Source of the DNA: an uncultured Candidatus Rokubacteria bacterium
Lineage (GTDB): Bacteria; Methylomirabilota; Methylomirabilia; Rokubacteriales; DASRDR01
Length of the DNA: 64,000 nucleotides
NCBI GenBank assembly: GCA_963708025.1
Contig: CAVPSB010000018.1
Location: forward strand, 160,001 to 224,000
Direction: 5' to 3'
The notes beneath the pieces were generated by a model. That model did no database searches. It was not told the DNA's origin and was given only the letters and a program-made list of their open reading frames with translations. Shown here piece after piece: positions 62,368 to 64,000 of this stretch. The first letter of the stretch is position 1. Each line of letters starts with the position of its first letter. The position numbers and the translations under genes are program-made.

Positions 62368-64000
62368 ATGGCCAAGGCCCGGCTCGTCAGCGCGGCGCCG
62401 TCCGGTGCTCAACGGTGGTCCGGCGCGCCGGTCCTCCGCGAGGTGGGCTTCGACGTGATCGAGGTGGCATCCGCCGCCGAGGCGCTGCGGCTGGCCGCCG
62501 AGCAGCCCGAACTGATCCTGCTGGACGTCAGCCTCCCCGATCTCGACGGGATCGAGGTCGCGCGGCGCCTCAAGGCCGATTCCCGAACGGCCTCCATCCC
62601 GTTGCTGCTGCTGGCCGGCCCGGAGGCCGCGCACGCCACCCGGGCCCGCGCGCTCGAGGCGGGCGCCGACGGGTACCTCGCGCAGCCGGTCGCCGCCGCC
62701 GAGCTGCGGGCGGCCGTCGAGGGGCTTCTCCGTGTCCACCGGACCGAGGTCGAGCTGCGACGCAGCGAGGCGCGCTTCCAGAGCCTGGTCACCGAGGCCA
62801 GGCGCCAGGAGGCGGAGCGGACGGCCGCGCTCGCCCGCGAGCAGGCCGCACGCGCCGAGGCCGAGGCGGGCCAGGACCGCCTGGCGTTCCTGGCGGCGGC
62901 CAGCGAGATCCTGGCGTCGTCGCTCGAGTACCAGACCACCCTCGCGCGGGTCGCGCGGCTGGCGGTGCCCATTCTCGCCGACTGGTGCATCGTGCACCTC
63001 CTCGAGGAGGACGGCGCGCTGCGGGCCCTGGCGGCGGCCCACGCGGATCCGGCGAAGGCCGACCGGGCGTGGCAGCTCTGGCGGCGTCACCACGCCGAGC
63101 TGGGCGACAGCCACGGGCCGGCCCGGGTCCTCCACACCGGCGAGTCCGAGCTGTTCCCGGAGATCCCCGACGCGCTGCTCGCCGATGTCACCCGCGACGC
63201 CCGGCGCTTCGATGCGCTCAAGCTCCTCGGGCTGACCTCCTACATGTGCGTCCCGCTCCAGGCCCGCGGCCAGACCCTGGGGACCATGACCTTCGTCACC
63301 GCGGAATCCCGGCGCCGCTACCGGACCGTGGATCTCGCGCTGGCCCAGGACCTGGCCCGCCAGGCGGCGGTGGCGATCGACAACGCCCGGCTCTACCGCG
63401 ATGCGCAGGCGGCCACCCAGCTCGAGCGGGAGCGGACCGTCCAGCTCCGGCGCCTGGCCGAGGCCTACGTCGCCATCGGCTCCGCCGGGCGGCTCGACGC
63501 CATCGTGCGGGCGACGACCGAGCAGGCCCGCGCGATCATCGGGGCCCACCAGGCCGTGGGGGTGCTGCTCCCCGAGGGCACGGCGGCGGCGGGGATCACC
63601 GCCGTGTCGGTCTCGGACCGGGACGCGGGCCGGCGCGACGAGCGGGTCGGGGCGGACCCGCGGCTGGTGGCGCTGGTCCGCGAGGAGAATCGCCCGCTGC
63701 GCCTGACGGGGGCCGAGCTGGCCGGGCACCCGGCCTGGGCGAGCGCGCCGCCCGGCCCGGCCGGCGGGCTCGCCCTCGCGGGGTGCCTGGCCGCTCCGCT
63801 CCTCGGACGCGACGGGCGCACCGTCGGCGTGGTGCAGCTCTCCGAGCGCATCGAGGGCGAGTTCACCGAGCACGACGAGGCGATCCTGGTCCAGCTCGTG
63901 CAGGCCGCGTCGGTCGCGATCGACAACCTCCAGCTCTACCGGGAGACGGAGGCGGCGAGCCGCGCCAAGGACGAGTTCATCGCCACCCTCTCGCACGAGC
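62368..64000 (+). CDS. Hybrid sensor histidine kinase (REC-GAF-GAF-HisKA), 3' truncated
   Basis: Manual translation: PELILLDVSLPDLDG, ADWCIV, AIDNARLY, ending AKDEFIATLSHE (H-box); absent from the ORF track because it has no stop. Confidence 0.9.
   Translation, partial: MAKARLVSAAPSGAQRWSGAPVLREVGFDVIEVASAAEALRLAAEQPELILLDVSLPDLDGIEVARRLKADSRTASIPLLLLAGPEAAHATRARALEAGADGYLAQPVAAAELRAAVEGLLRVHRTEVELRRSEARFQSLVTEARRQEAERTAALAREQAARAEAEAGQDRLAFLAAASEILASSLEYQTTLARVARLAVPILADWCIVHLLEEDGALRALAAAHADPAKADRAWQLWRRHHAELGDSHGPARVLHTGESELFPEIPDALLADVTRDARRFDALKLLGLTSYMCVPLQARGQTLGTMTFVTAESRRRYRTVDLALAQDLARQAAVAIDNARLYRDAQAATQLERERTVQLRRLAEAYVAIGSAGRLDAIVRATTEQARAIIGAHQAVGVLLPEGTAAAGITAVSVSDRDAGRRDERVGADPRLVALVREENRPLRLTGAELAGHPAWASAPPGPAGGLALAGCLAAPLLGRDGRTVGVVQLSERIEGEFTEHDEAILVQLVQAASVAIDNLQLYRETEAASRAKDEFIATLSHE

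Overview
Very GC-rich bacterial chromosomal segment. Gene content and repeat style suggest Ca. Rokubacteria/Methylomirabilota; this is an inference. Genes, left to right: livF; D-cysteine desulfhydrase-like gene; class III aminotransferase with a CUT1 sugar ABC transporter; several hypotheticals; an AbrB-PIN toxin-antitoxin locus; polysaccharide deacetylase; a Gfo/Idh/MocA-GT2 fusion; an island of small orphan genes including a WapI-like immunity protein; gntK-tkt-zwf-opcA; FAD oxidoreductase with two QueG/RdhA-like Fe-S paralogues; pfp; lgt-lnt; aldolase-II-like protein with a Zn dehydrogenase; GT2 with a eukaryote-type UDP-galactopyranose mutase; topoisomerase VI B/A followed by a MITE; an NPP-family phosphodiesterase and an LLM oxidoreductase; a ~14.5 kb GT-C (DUF2298/YYY, TIGR03663) glycosylation cluster around a sequon-rich secreted protein; a large helical protein with a C-terminal NYN nuclease domain; small Zn-finger genes; a C39-like peptidase; and a hybrid histidine kinase cut by the window end. 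Many genes in the first 20 kb are frameshifted, probably by read or assembly error. The most striking non-coding signal is a nested repeat system: a ~20-nt module (GGACGGCCTTCGGCCTTTGG, a GGCC-GNA-GGCC mini-hairpin on the opposite strand) is present or absent inside at least three unrelated palindromic intergenic scaffolds, and one scaffold family begins exactly at TGA stop codons. No rRNA, tRNA, CRISPR array or transposase was recognised.
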